Shown here piece after piece: positions 51,657 through 64,000 of a DNA stretch of 64,000 nt. The first letter of the stretch is position 1; each line of letters starts with the position of its first letter. The DNA is taken from positions 146,818,001 through 146,882,000 of the forward strand of contig NC_086097.1 in NCBI RefSeq assembly GCF_963921235.1. The letters run 5' to 3'. This stretch comes from Mobula hypostoma. Taxonomy: Eukaryota. A program made the position numbers and the translations under genes. The notes below the pieces were generated by a model. That model was given only the letters and a program-made list of their open reading frames with translations, did not search any database and was not told the DNA's origin.

Positions 51657-51780
51657 GAGGTTTCCCTGCCTTCCCACATCCCACAAGAGGTTTCCCTGCC
51701 TTCCCACATCCCACAAGAGGTTTCCCTGCCTTCCCACATCCCACAAGAGGTTTCCCTGCCTTCCCACATCCCACAAGAGG
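51657..51780. repeat. Perfect 30-bp tandem repeat x4 in CR1 ORF1
   Basis: (gaggtttccctgccttcccacatcccacaa)4; minus strand encodes (SCGMWEGRET)n. Confidence 0.97.
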
Positions 51781-51999
51781 AACATTTCACTATCCTGCCT
51801 GGCATCTCTATGTCTTAACTGAGCAGTTATAAAGAAGAGAAGGAAAACAAAATGAGCTTTTCTTCTCTTTTCTTCACTTTGCTGAAGCCTCAAAAGCGCT
51901 AAAGCCTTAAGATCACCACTCTTAATATGTCCACTCCAATGATGGCAACTGTGCTTGCCCTGGCTTCCTTCAATTTGCTCTTACTAATCAATCCCAAAC

Positions 52000-52328
52000 A
52001 CGAATTGGTCATGGATCAAAGTTCTATTAGGAAGCTGAGACCTGCTCCTGCCTTTTAGCTTTGGGCAGTGGACCTGATTGAAGACCCCTCCTCTCCAAAC
52101 TTCTGATATTCAGATTGGCCATTGGTCAAAGTTCTGTTACACTGCTGCGACCTGCTACTGCTTTTTATCCTCGGGCAGTGGATCTAATCAAAGACCCTCC
52201 TCTCCAAACTTCTGATGTCCAGATTGACTATTGGTCAAAGCTCTATAATGCTGCAATAACCCTCTCCTGCCTTTTATCTTTGGGTGGTGGACCTGATTGA
52301 AGACCCCTGCTGTCCAAACTTTCGATCA
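52000..52328 (-). repeat. Three diverged ~110-bp tandem monomers at the CR1 5' end
   Basis: Repeated ggtcaaag...cctgc...tttta...gtggacctgattgaagaccc...ccaaactt units. Confidence 0.85.
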
Positions 52329-53169
52329 ATTTTCATGAAGTCATGGATGAAGCCAAGGGTATCTTTACAAACTGTCTTATCATTCTTCGCTTCTGACTTT
52401 CAAAAATGTGTGTGCAAATAATCTTAGGTTTCTCAGTGCAAGTGTGCCCCTGGATTTCTCCATGCAAACAGTCTTTTTGCATTATTGTGTTTATTTAGTA
52501 TTGCCAGATACTTCGGATAAAAATGTATCACTTGACAAACCTTGGCATTAAATTTTAACAGCCAAGTACAGCCTGTCAGCAGATTGTCTGTAATCCACTT
52601 AGCATGCATCACTTTTCCTGCCATATTAATTGGGTATGCAAATAATAATAATAAAAGAAATGTTGCTGCATGTACTGATACAAAACTTGCTAAGTTGGTC
52701 AGCTGGTGTGGGTTGAATGCAAACTCTCAAACCATAAATTTTTACAATCTGGCAGCACTTAGTTAAATTGCATAGATAGAGTAAATTGTCCAAATCTTTT
52801 TCCATTGATAGGGGTATCAAAAATAAAAGGGCACAGGTATACAGTGAGAGAAAGGAAACCTAAAGGAGGCTGAGGATGAGATTATTTTTACAGACGATAG
52901 TTGCTATATTGAACTCACTGCCAGTGGAGATGGTGGAATTAGATACAATTACTATAGTTAAGAGGCAATTAGACAGACTTGTAAATGGCCAAGGAACATA
53001 AAAATACATTATTCATGTGAGTAACTGAGATCCGCATTCCACTTAAGTTTTGCCTGAAGTTTGGCATAAACATGAAGGGTTGAAGAGCTCCATTTACAGT
53101 GTGTACTGTACTGCTCTGATTCCACACAGTATGTCAATTATTCTCCAATACATGTACAGAGAGAGAATA

Positions 53170-56100
53170 CATGTAAATAGAGAGACCTCAAGAGAGAGAA
53201 TTTGTAGAATGTCCAAGGGATGGCTTTTTAGATCAGATTGTTGAACCCACTAGGGGATCGACTGTGTTGGATTGGGTGCAGGAAGGACAGCAGAGCAGCA
53301 ATGGGTGGAGTTTCTGCAAAAAATGAGGGAAGTACAAGACAGATGTACTCCAAATAAGAAGAAATTTTTGAATGGAAGAAAGACACTACTGTGGCTGACA
53401 GAGCCAAAGTAAAAGCAGAAGAGAGGGCATACAACGAAGCCAAAGCCAGTGGGAAGATAAAGGATTGGGAAGCTTTTAAAAACTTGCAGAAGGAAACTAA
53501 AAGGTCATTAGGAAGGAGAAGATGAATTATGAAAGGAAGCTGGCGACTGATATCAAAGAAGATACTAAAAGATTTTTTTTAAGCATATAAAGGGTAAAAG
53601 AGAGCTGAGGGTAGATATAGGACCAATAGAAAATGACACTAGAGATATTGAATGAGAGACGCAGAGATGGCAGAGGAACTGATTGCATATTTTGCATCAG
53701 TCTTAACAGTGAAAGACATCTGCAGTATACTGGACACTCAAGAGTGTCAGAGTTTTGCATCAGTCTTCACTGAGGAAGACATCAGCAGTATACTGGACAC
53801 TCGAGGGTGGCAGGGAAGAGAAGTGTGTGCAGTCACAATTATGACAGAGAAAGTACTCAGGAAGCTGAGTAGTCTAAAGGTAGATAAATGTCCTGGACCA
53901 GATGGAATGCACCCTCGTGTTCTGAAGGAAGTAGCTGTGGAGATTGCGGAGGCATTAGCGATGATCTTTCAAAAGTCGATAGATTCTGGCATGGTTCCGG
54001 AAGACTGGAAGATTGCAAATGTCACTCCGCTATTTAAGAAGGGAGCAAGGAAGCAAAAAGGAAATTATAGACCTGTTAGCTTGACATCGGTGGTTGGGAA
54101 GTTGTTGGAGTCGATTGTCAAGGATGAGGTTACAGAGTACCTGGAGGCATATGACAAGATAGGCAGAACTCAGCATGGATTCCTTAAAAGAAAATCCTGC
54201 CTGACAAACCTATTACAATTTTTTTGAGGAAATTACCAGCAGGCTAGACAAGGGAGATGCAGTGGATGTTGTATATTTGGATTTTCAGAAGGCCTTTGAC
54301 AAGGTGCCACACATGAGGCTACTTAACAAGATAAGAGCCCATGGAATTACGGGAAAGTTATATACGTGAATAGAGCGTTGGCTGATTGGCAGGAAACAGA
54401 GAGTGGGAATAAAGGGATCCTATTCTGGTTGGCTTTTGGTTACCAGTGGTGTTCCACAGGGGTCCGTGTTGTGGCCGTTTCTTTTTACATTGTACATCAA
54501 CGATTTGGATTATGGAATAGATGGCTTTGTGGCTAAGTTTGCTGATGATACAAAGATAGGTGGAGGGGCTGGTAGTGCTGAGGAAACAGTCTGCAGAGAG
54601 ACTTGGATAGATTGGAAGAATGGGCAAAGAAGTGGCAAATGAAATACAATGCTGGAAAGTGTATGGTTATGCACTTTGGCAGAAGAAATAAACAGGCAGA
54701 CTATTACTTAAATGGGGAAAGAATTCAAGGTTCTGAGATGCAACGGGACTTGGGAGTCCTTGTACAAGATACCCTTAAGGTTAACCTCCAGGTTGAGTCC
54801 GTAGTGAAGAAGGAATGTTGGCATTCATTTCTAGAGGAATAGAGTATAGGAGCAGGGATGTGATGTTGAGGCTCTATAAGGTGCTGGTGAGACCTCATTT
54901 GGAGTACTGTGGGCAGTTTTGGTCTCCTTATTTAAGAAAGGATTTGCTGACGTTGGAGAGGGTACAGAGAAGATTCACTAGAATGATTCCGGGAATGAGA
55001 GGGTTAACATATGAGGAACGTTTGTCCGCTCTTGGACTCTATTCCTTGGAGTTTAGAAGAATGAGGGGAGACCTCATAGAAACATTTCGAATGTTGAAAG
55101 GCATGGACAAAGTGGATGTGGCAAAGTTGTTTCCCATGATGGGGGAGTCTAGTACGAGAGGGCATGACTTAAGGATTGAAGGGCGCCTATTCAAAACAGA
55201 AATGTGAAGAAATTTGTTTTAGTCAGAGGGTGGTGAATCTATGGAATTTGTTGCCAATGGCAGCAGTGGAGGCCAAGTCATTGGGTGTATTTAAGGCAGA
55301 GATTGATAGGTATCTGAGTAGCCAGGGCATCAAAGGTTATGGTGAGAAGGCGGGGGAGTGGGACTAAATGGGAGAATGGATCAGCACATGATAAAATGGC
55401 GGAGCAGACTCAATGGGCTGAATGGCCAACTTCTGCTCCTTTGTCTTATGGGAAGTGAAGTTTGTGCAGTGAAAATTATGACTGAGAAGGTGCTTAGGAA
55501 GTTTAATAGTCTGAGGGTGGATAAATCTCCTGGACCTGATGGAATGCACCCTCGGTTTCTGAAGGAAGTAACTGGAGAGATTGCGGAGGCATTAACAATG
55601 ATTGTTCAAGAATTGATAGATTCTGGCATTGTACCAGATGACTGGAAAATTGAAAATGTTACTCTGCTATTTAAGAAGGGTGGGAGGCAGCAGAAAGGAA
55701 ACTATAGACCTGTTAGCCTGACATTAGTGGTTGGAAAGTGTTGGAATCAATAGTTAGGGATGAGATTATAGAGTACCTGGAGGCACATTTCAAGATAGGC
55801 TAAAGCCAGCATGGTTTCCTGAAAGGAAAATCCTGCCTGACTACCTACTGCAATTTTTTGAGGAAGTTACAAGTGGGGCAGACAAAGGAGATGCAGTAGA
55901 TATGGTGTACTTGGATTTTCAGAAGGCCTTTGACAAGGTGCTGCACATGAGGCTGTTTAGCAAGATGAGAGCGCATAGAATTACGGGGGAGTTACTAGCA
56001 TGGGCAGAGCATTGGCTGGTTGGCAGGAAACAGACAGTGGGAATAAAGTGATCCTATTTTGGCTGGCTGCTGGTTACCGGTGGAGTTCCACAGGGGTCAG

Positions 56101-57083
56101 CGTTGGGACCCGCTGCTTTTTACGATGTATGTCAATGATTTGGACAATGGGATTAATGAATATGTGGCTAAATTTGCTGATGATATAAATATAGGTGGAG
56201 GAGTGGATATTTTTGAGGAAACAGAGAGCCTGCAGAGAGACTTAGATAGTTTAGGGGAATGGGCAAAGAAGTGGCAAATGAAATACGATGTTGGAAAGTG
56301 TATGGTCATGCACTTTGGTGGAAGAAATAAACGGTAGATTATTATTTAGATGGAGAGAGAATTCAAAATGCAGAGATGCAAAGGGACTCAGGAGTCCTTG
56401 TGCAGAATACCCTAAAGGTTGAGTCGGTGGTGAAGAAGGTGAATGCAATGTTGGCACTCATTTCTTGAGGTATAGAATATAGGAGCGGGAATGTCATGCT
56501 GAGGCTTTATAAGGCACTTGTGAGACCACACTTGAAGTATTCTGTGTAGTTTCGGGCTCCTTAATTTAGAAAGGATATACTGACATTGGAAAGGATTCAG
56601 AGAAGATTCATGAGAATGATTCCAGGAATGAAAGGGTTTCCATATGAGGAACGTCTGGCAGCTCTTGGGCTGTATTCCCTGGATTTCAGGAGAATGAGGG
56701 GGGATCTTATAGAAACATTCTGAATGTTAAAAGGCCTGAATGTATTAGATATGGCATAGTTATTTCCGATAGTAGGGGAGTCTAGGACAAGAGGGCATGA
56801 CTTCAGGATTGAAGGACGTCCATTTAGAACAAAGATGCGGAGAAATTACTTTAGTCAGAGGGTGGTAAATCTGGAATTTGTTGACACAAGTGGCTGTGGA
56901 TACCAAGTCATTGCGTGTATTTAAGGCAGAGATAGACAGGCTCTTGATTAGCCACGGCATGGGAAGTGGGGAACGGCAGCGGAGTGGGGATGACTGGATG
57001 AAGTGGATCAGCCCATGATTGAATGGCAGAGCAGACTCGATGGGCTGAATGGCCTACTTCTGCTCCCATATCTTATGGTCTTA
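53170..57083 (+). mobile_element. CR1 (older host copy 53170-53750 and 55451-57083)
   Basis: Host sequence gagtgtcag|ggaagtgaag is continuous once 53753-55450 is removed; RT motifs and 3' tail present. Confidence 0.9.
53753..55450 (+). mobile_element. Younger CR1 nested in CR1, same subfamily as 24851-28280
   Basis: Long stretches are near-identical to 26565-28265. Confidence 0.9.
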
Positions 57084-58864
57084 AATATTTTTAAACAGTT
57101 TCTATTTGCTTTCTTATCTTGCATGACACTGAACTAGAAGCTCTGATTTTAAAGTAATATGACCAAAGTAAGTGGTATAGCTTCAGGTCACATTCAGTTT
57201 TACACACTGCCAAGTATTACAGTCTGTTGAAGCAAATGGAGCTGAAATTTGGAGTGTTATTAAAAGGCATGCAACATGATAGTGGATGGGTCAGGTTAGG
57301 ATCATGATTTCTGAAAATTAGTGGGCAGTTTAAAGTTTTGTATCTGTTTAGGACTTACAATTACTTGAAGCAAAATTCCGTTAATCAAGCATATTTGGGA
57401 CTTTGGTGGTGCTGGGCAAGGAAATTTTTTGGACTATAGGATATTACTTTAATTATACTTCAATACTTTTAATTTCCCTTTTTAAAAGATGTTACACAAT
57501 AGCATTTCAATGAAGTGTTTCAAGGGATGTGGAAAACAGATTAAGCAAAATTTCAAGGAGCATGGCCAATGGAACCAGGTGAGCTGAAAGGGAGTGAAAG
57601 AACTGGGCTCTGACAAGTTGATGGAAGAGCTGGAAGTGAGGCACAGCGAGTGGTTGTGAAGCACTGGAATCCAAACCCTAGCCAGCGGAAGTGAGTGGAG
57701 GAACCTGGACCATGGTGAGTGGATGGGAAATAGAACCCACTGAATAGGAAGGTTCTGTATAAATGGAGACCTACAGGTTAAAACTACAAACTTCAGTTCG
57801 TGAGTCAGATATGTATCAGTGGGATTGCCAAATCACTGGATATGTGGATTATCTGAGTTTTACTTATATATGAACAGAAATGCTCGTGGACTCATTGTCA
57901 GTTGATGCAGCTTCCACAATAGCAAATTAAGCTACAAAGATTAGTTCTGCCATTATATTTTGATCGCCTTTTATGAGTGTTCAGTAATATGATTTGTGAA
58001 ATTACAGTAAATGTCACATATAATTGTTTTTACCCTTTATGCAATTAGAGATTTTATCCACTCACTGAGAGATCATTTAGGTCTATGAAACCTGTAATAT
58101 AACTGCCTATATAATAATGCACGACATAACAGCAGGAGCACACTCATCTCTGCATCTGACAGTTAGTTCCTTTGAAGTCACGGAACTGAATTGCAGTGGC
58201 AGGATGCAAAGTGCCTGAGGGCCTATCTAGTATATTTAATGTTAGTGGCCAAGGATGAATTTCTTTTCATTTTATGTCATCATTTTTCTAATTGTACTTA
58301 CAATGACATACAATATTTTTTTCTCTATTTAGGAACTGAGAATCATGATTTTTTATTAAGCATTTTTATTTTTTAATTTTTATTAAGTATTATGAGAACT
58401 ATGTATTTAACCTCCTGGAAATGCAAGTACACTTTCCCACATGCTTGTCTCTTCTCAGCATATTGAATCTTGCTCACACGAATCTTACTTTTACTAGCAT
58501 CTTCTCAATATAAATTCTTGCTATCTCTTAGTCTTCCATTTTCTACCAGAGTTTTTAAAATCATATTCCAATAACTGACTGCAACCAGCTTCTTCTCACA
58601 AGAATCATCATCATTTCATTATGTTTCATAATCATTGTTCCATTAATGCAAATTAAAGTTTGAGGTACTATGAACAGAAAGGCATGGGGTGGGTTGGTGC
58701 TCAGTGCTTCTTTGCTCTTTCATTGTAGGTCTTTTCTTTATTCTTTATAACTTCCCAGTTTGGTTTCTAATGACTAGAAAGAATAAAAATGTGACGCTAC
58801 TTTAAAATTATTTGTACCCATCACTCGATTCAAATTGTTTTTGAAGAGAGTAGATTCAGCTTAC

Positions 58865-58906
58865 CTCCCCATTCAGGAAACAGTAAAACACCGACACAAA
58901 GAAACC
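58865..58906 (-). CDS. CRHR2: CRH receptor 42-nt TM7 exon
   Basis: ttttacag|GGTTTCTTTGTGTCGGTGTTTTACTGTTTCCTGAATGGGGAG|gtaag = GFFVSVFYCFLNGE, the class B GPCR TM7 signature. NGE is CRHR2-type (CRHR1 has NSE). Confidence 0.95.
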
Positions 58907-59084
58907 CTGTAAAACACAAGGGTGTTAAATTGAGTTCTGAAGCACGTTTTGATAGTCACTGTTAGCTAAGCATCTAACTTGCACATGCTTAAGAAAAAGA
59001 TCCAGTTTGGATCATAAATTAAGGTGGCAAATTGCTTTGAGGCTCAGGTTATGAGTTGTCAGACAATCTTACCGGATTACCCAC

Positions 59085-59220
59085 CTGAAAGGACTGCAGA
59101 AATGAATTGAAGTAGAGGAAAGCAAAATGTGAGATGCCATCTTTGCTTGGATTGATGAAGAACAATATGTAGGTGATGCCAAGAAGGGGTAGCAGAACTA
59201 AAATTGCCTTCACTGCCTTC
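59085..59220 (-). CDS. CRHR2: CRH receptor exon (ICL3 end, TM6, ECL3, TM7 start)
   Basis: 136-nt exon, ctgcag|G...TTTCAG|gtgggt. Translates (R)[45 protein letters not shown], matching CRH receptor [17 protein letters not shown]...[16 protein letters not shown] is CRHR2-type (CRHR1 has ESFQ). Confidence 0.93.
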
Positions 59221-60454
59221 CTGCAGGACAGATGATGAAAGGAAAGAGAACCAGTTTTGTTAGTAAAATTACAGGTGGAAATTATTAACCATCATGAAAC
59301 ATTTCCGTACAAGCTTTAGTTTGAACCAAACGAGGATGCACAAGACTCTTATTTATACTCTCTTGCTGCTGCAGTTCAGGTGTAAATGGCTCCTGTACCA
59401 CACGCTCTGATTAAGGCAAGACAACAGATCCAAGCTCTCTGATTCTGTCTGCAGAAGAGAAGCAGCAGATTTTTCAGGGCAATTTTGGCACTTACCCACA
59501 AGACTGCTGACATACCCCCTCTAAAGATGAGCAATTTCATGCTTTCTACCCAGAATCAGTGACTTTGGTGATTGAGTTAGACTGAGCCTGTTGAATGCGA
59601 TAGATCATATCAGACCCCTCTGCAGCATTAAGATGCATGCAATGGCGTCCCAGTACTGACTTCTCTTGCTAGACCATCCTTCAAAAGAAATTAAACCTTC
59701 TATCTTGGTGGAACAATTGTCATTTGACAGTAATAAGAAAAGTAACACAAGTGTCCAAAGTTCGCAAAGAGATGCAGATTAAATAGTCTCCATTCTAATT
59801 GCAATAATATCTGACATTAATATTTGAATAGGCAAAATATTTGTACAATCACTTTTTGATCCATCGTTGCTTCCAGCCTTTTGTTTTTCTAATTGCTTAT
59901 GCATCACAGTGCATTGTACTGCAACCCCTCCTCACTCACTATTCCACATATCATGGTGGTGACATAGGACTCCTGTAGAACAATGTGGCAAATTGTATGG
60001 GTTAGGTAGGAATGGTCACATACACTACTACACTACAGGACATCTTATTCTATATTTTTCCTCATCTCCATAGCAACCGTTTATGCAGTTGGTTGATGAC
60101 TGCTCGATGGATGAGTCTCACAACCTACCCTGCATAGAGCCTGACAAAGATGCATAATCATGCTACTTCCATGCAGCAGCAGTCGGGATCTGCATTTTTG
60201 TGGACCTGCCATCTTTTAAAGCTGTAGGACCATTGAGGTGTGAATTCAATAGTCCTAAACAAATTTTGCAATTTTTAAAGCGCTCCAATCTGGCAAGTAT
60301 ATTAAGTGTACCTAATTGAATAGGATTCATTTCAATTTTCAGGCAATCATTTCAAAACAGTGGCAACAGGAAAATAACGTGAAACACTTGTTCTTTCCTC
60401 CTTTGTTTTTCTGGGAATACATTGCATTCAGCCTGCCAATGTTCATTTGTTATA

Positions 60455-60797
60455 TGCCGTGTCATATGACGTAGCCATGACCATGATTGATCTTCGCAAA
60501 TTTTTCTACAAAAGTGGCTTGCCATTGCCTTCTTCTAGGCAGTGTCTCTACAAGACAGATGGCCTCAGCTATTATCAACACTCTTCAGAGATTGTCTGCC
60601 TGGTGTCAGTGGTGGCATAACCAGGACTTGTGATCTGCATCAGCTGCTCTGACAGCCACCAGCTCCCATGGCTTCTCGTGGCTGTAATTGGGGGTCTAAG
60701 TAGGTGACCTTGTCCAAGGGTGACCTGTAGTTTAGTGAAAGGAAGGAATGCCTAACACCTCCTTTGGTGGGGACGTTATCTCCTTCCTGCCACCCAT
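60455..60797 (-). mobile_element. SINE-like repeat with RTE-type 3' tail
   Basis: Minus strand gaaggcaatggcaagccactt resembles the RTE/BovB-associated ggcaatggcaaaccac tail motif. Confidence 0.55.
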
Positions 60798-60819
60798 CCA
60801 GCCAATGTATATATTTTTA

Positions 60820-61560
60820 AAATGCTAACACCTTTAATATTTCCATTTTCATTATATTTATCTCCTCTAATATCTCACTCAGTTTTTCTTAATTCCACTG
60901 CTTGCATCATCCCCCTCCTTAGTAACAATGAATATTTATTAATGTACCTACGTCTTCTTCCTCCACACAATAAAACCCTAATAGAGCTCTGGTCTTTCCT
61001 TGCCACTTATGTAAGCACAAAACATCTTTCAGTTTGCTGTAATATCATTTACCAATTTTTATACCATCCCTTTGCTTCCCTAATTTCCTTTATAATTCCA
61101 CCTCTGCATTTTCTGTAATTTTCTATCACTTTCCGCAGTATTGAGCTCCCTGTACGTCATTAATTTGCCCTTTTTACCTTTTATCAAGGGACTTCAGATT
61201 TGAGAGTTCCACGTTTTTCTTAGTGCGGCCATATTTAAAACACTTCATTATCTCCTCCTCGAATATCTCTCCCACTCTTCTGATGCTAATTTATTGTCAA
61301 GTGGCCACTTCAGTTCCACTTTTGCCAAATCACATCTCAGCTCATCAAAATTGGCCTCTTTCCAATTGGCATCTTCAGATCTTTGTCTTTATTTTTGTTC
61401 ATTTCAACAGCAATACTGTACCTCATCTAAATTATGCTCATTTCCAGCAAAATGTTCTCCAGTTTATATCCTGTCAAGTTTACTTTGCTAAAACTTCCAC
61501 AAAATTGTCCTCTCTCTTGTTGAACATGTAAGATACTTGGTTAAAACAATATGTTTCTTG
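60820..61560 (-). mobile_element. Very old CR1-like ORF2 remnant
   Basis: Minus strand resembles the CR1 endonuclease-RT linker; heavily decayed. Confidence 0.45.
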
Positions 61561-64000
61561 TAGGTATCTGAAAAATATCCACTGCTTATCCTTTCCATAA
61601 TGATTCAATGCCAGGTAACATCAGTGCAGTTGAATTCTCTCAGGTACTGCAGCAGAGCATTGGGTTATACTTTGTGAATGTCATACAGTAGCACCTGAAC
61701 CCATAACATTTTAACTTTGGGTATAAGTGTTACCATTATAGAATCTTTCACAGTACATTACATTGGTGAAAAAAAGTTAACTGGATTAAGCCCATGATGG
61801 ATGAGTCACGATTTGGAAGACATTTGAAAGAGACGATAGAGGTAGCACAATCACATGATTTCTGATAGAACATTGAGCTGAAACCCAAACTGTGGCCCAT
61901 GAAAGAAGATATAAAAACAGAAAACTTCAGAAACACTCTACAAATATCTAAGTAACTAACTTGGTTTCTCTTTTCAAATATGCTGCCTGGCCTGTTCAGT
62001 GTTTCTTGTATTATATGTTTTAATTTCAGGTTTTCAGCATCTACTGTTTATTTGGGGAATGAATAGAAACTTACATTCAGGCAGCAGAGTTTGAGAAGGT
62101 ATCTTATGTAAAGCAGAAAGAAAAATCAATGTTCAAAGTAACTTCATTATCAAAGTACATATATGTCACCATATACAACTCTGAGATTCATTTTCCTCTG
62201 GGCGTACTCAGTATAACCAAGAAATATAATAGAATCAATGAAAGACTGCACCCAGCAGGAAGGACAAGCAACTAATGATTAACTAATTGTCAACAGGTTT
62301 GAAAATATGTACAATGATCTTGAGGTTGATTATGAGCCAGGAGAGACTCAGTGTGACAGACAGTACTGTTCTGACTGAAGGGTGAAAGAGAAAATTCAGA
62401 ATTTTTGAATTCCAGAAATCAATTCCTGGTGCACTTAAAGACTGCATATTTTTTTCTGCTAAAAGAGAGAGAGATGCAAGCAATTCTCCAAATGAAAGTC
62501 TGAATGACTGAGGAGACTTTGGGGATAAAGTCTGGGGGATATTGCATGATGTGCATCTCATGATCAGCAGATTTAATCTAACTAGGCTACTACGGATACC
62601 TTTAGAAAGCGTTCTCACAATATCAGCTTCAATATAAAGCCCATCCCTTGCTGCCCCATTGCAAAGTGGGGCTTAAAGAAACAATAATGCCATATGGAAA
62701 TCAGCCACTGGCTGTCTGCCTTCTCCAGTGAGGAGTTAGGTTATGAAAAATCAAACAGAAGTGCAGATGGGAATTAAAAAAAAAGAGAAAAGAGAATCAG
62801 GATTAAGATTTCAGGTCCAATATATGTTCTTAGTTGTGTTGGCACAGTTTATTGCAATACCATTCTAAATATGGCTCCATGTAATAAGGTTATGACTCCC
62901 ATGTTATTTTTTACTGGGAATCATGACTATTATAGTGTATCTCAATGCAAAACCGGGCGTTCTGCAGATCAAAGCAGATCTGTTTTTTTTTCTCTCCTGA
63001 TGAAGTAAATAGTCCAAACTTGCTCTTTTCAAATGGTTATCCATTCATTTTGAAACACTTTAGGCATTTCCCTACAGCACCATGCCAAGGCAGGGAATCA
63101 CATTCCGTCTGTGAAACATGGCCAGAATGAACTTGCAGTTTCTCTACATCCACATATGGGTAGTACATTGGTGTGACAGGAGAACTGTAAGGGCAGTTGA
63201 GGTTATGTTTTAATGGGCATGTGAGAGAAAAGATTACAGCGGAATAAGTAGAGGAATGAGAATGACAAGAATGCTCTAAGGACCTGTGTAGACTTGATGG
63301 AACAAATAACAACTTTCAATGGAAAGTGCTGGCTGAAAATTTGATTTTGATCTCCTATCTCAGTGACTAGAGAATCACAGGGGAAGGATTACTAAATATG
63401 TCACCAAGACAGTTCAAGTCCACCTTGTTATCTCTTTTGAAAAAAAATTACATGGGTGTTAGGAGAAACTATTAAACTTAGTTTGCATAGAAAATAAAAA
63501 ATATGAAAAGTAAGCTCATTTTAAATAAAATTAATTGTGTGCTATTTGAATGTTAAATGGATTGGCAATACTTGAGGAGCTCAAAGGTAGAAAGTATATC
63601 TTTTTCAGTTCAAATCACTCCCCTAAACCATTTAATGTCCGTGTAATGATAGAGAGAGATCGCAATATCCAATTTGTAAGTTTTCACAAAAGTTAAAAAT
63701 TTCATCACCTAATTCTAAACAGTGACATTTAAATTATGAATGTCACTCAGCTTTTGACTTTGCTCAGTCAGTTGCAGACCAGCATGTGTTAAATCTGACA
63801 CTATTAAACTCATGAATATTTTTCATTAAAGTTAATCTGCTGAGTACTGAATATGAATTGCAGTTCTGACATTACGTGCATGTTTTCTATAAACTGAAGA
63901 TGTAAGTGTCTCATACCCATCACAACTAAAAAAGGAGGTCAAAGTCAGGTCAATGTATGCATACGATGTTCCAAAGAAAGGAATGGTTCGAAATCCCCAA

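Larger units (their letters stand above)
47445..52330 (-). mobile_element. Near full-length decayed CR1 in the last CRHR intron (sense to the gene)
   Basis: Minus-strand ORF1 (CSSCGMW), endonuclease (YFNTRS, ITESW) and RT fragments; interrupted by hAT sequence. Confidence 0.9.

Noticed and set aside
51657..51780. 30-bp repeats as a CRISPR array
   Set aside because: No spacers, no cas genes; the unit is CR1 ORF1 sequence in eukaryotic DNA.
59221..64000. Next upstream CRHR exon (INF.FL.NIVRILMTKLRAS)
   Set aside because: Not found by eye on the minus strand; probably beyond the window.

Overview
Eukaryotic, vertebrate genomic DNA. The repeat mix (dominant CR1, plus Rex1/Babar, Penelope and tRNA-SINEs) suggests a cartilaginous fish, probably a ray; that is inference. 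The only host gene I can support is on the minus strand: the last three coding exons of a corticotropin-releasing hormone receptor, best matching CRHR2 (59085-59220, 58865-58906, 44555-44692). These are missed by the ORF track, and the upstream exons appear to lie beyond the right edge. Most of the remainder is nested, decayed transposable elements: CR1, Rex1/Babar, L1 and HERO LINEs; Penelope elements carrying minimal hammerhead ribozymes; a Gypsy remnant; SINEs; an internally deleted Academ transposon; and a composite hAT MITE. I found no prokaryotic-type system or CRISPR. The most notable observations concern the receptor: a Thr-to-Ile change at the conserved class B GPCR position 6.42b, a CRHR1-like PDZ-type C-terminus, a competing in-frame splice donor in TM7, and two long inverted repeats in the last intron. 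Repeat boundaries without a target-site duplication (TSD) are approximate, and identities are estimated by eye.
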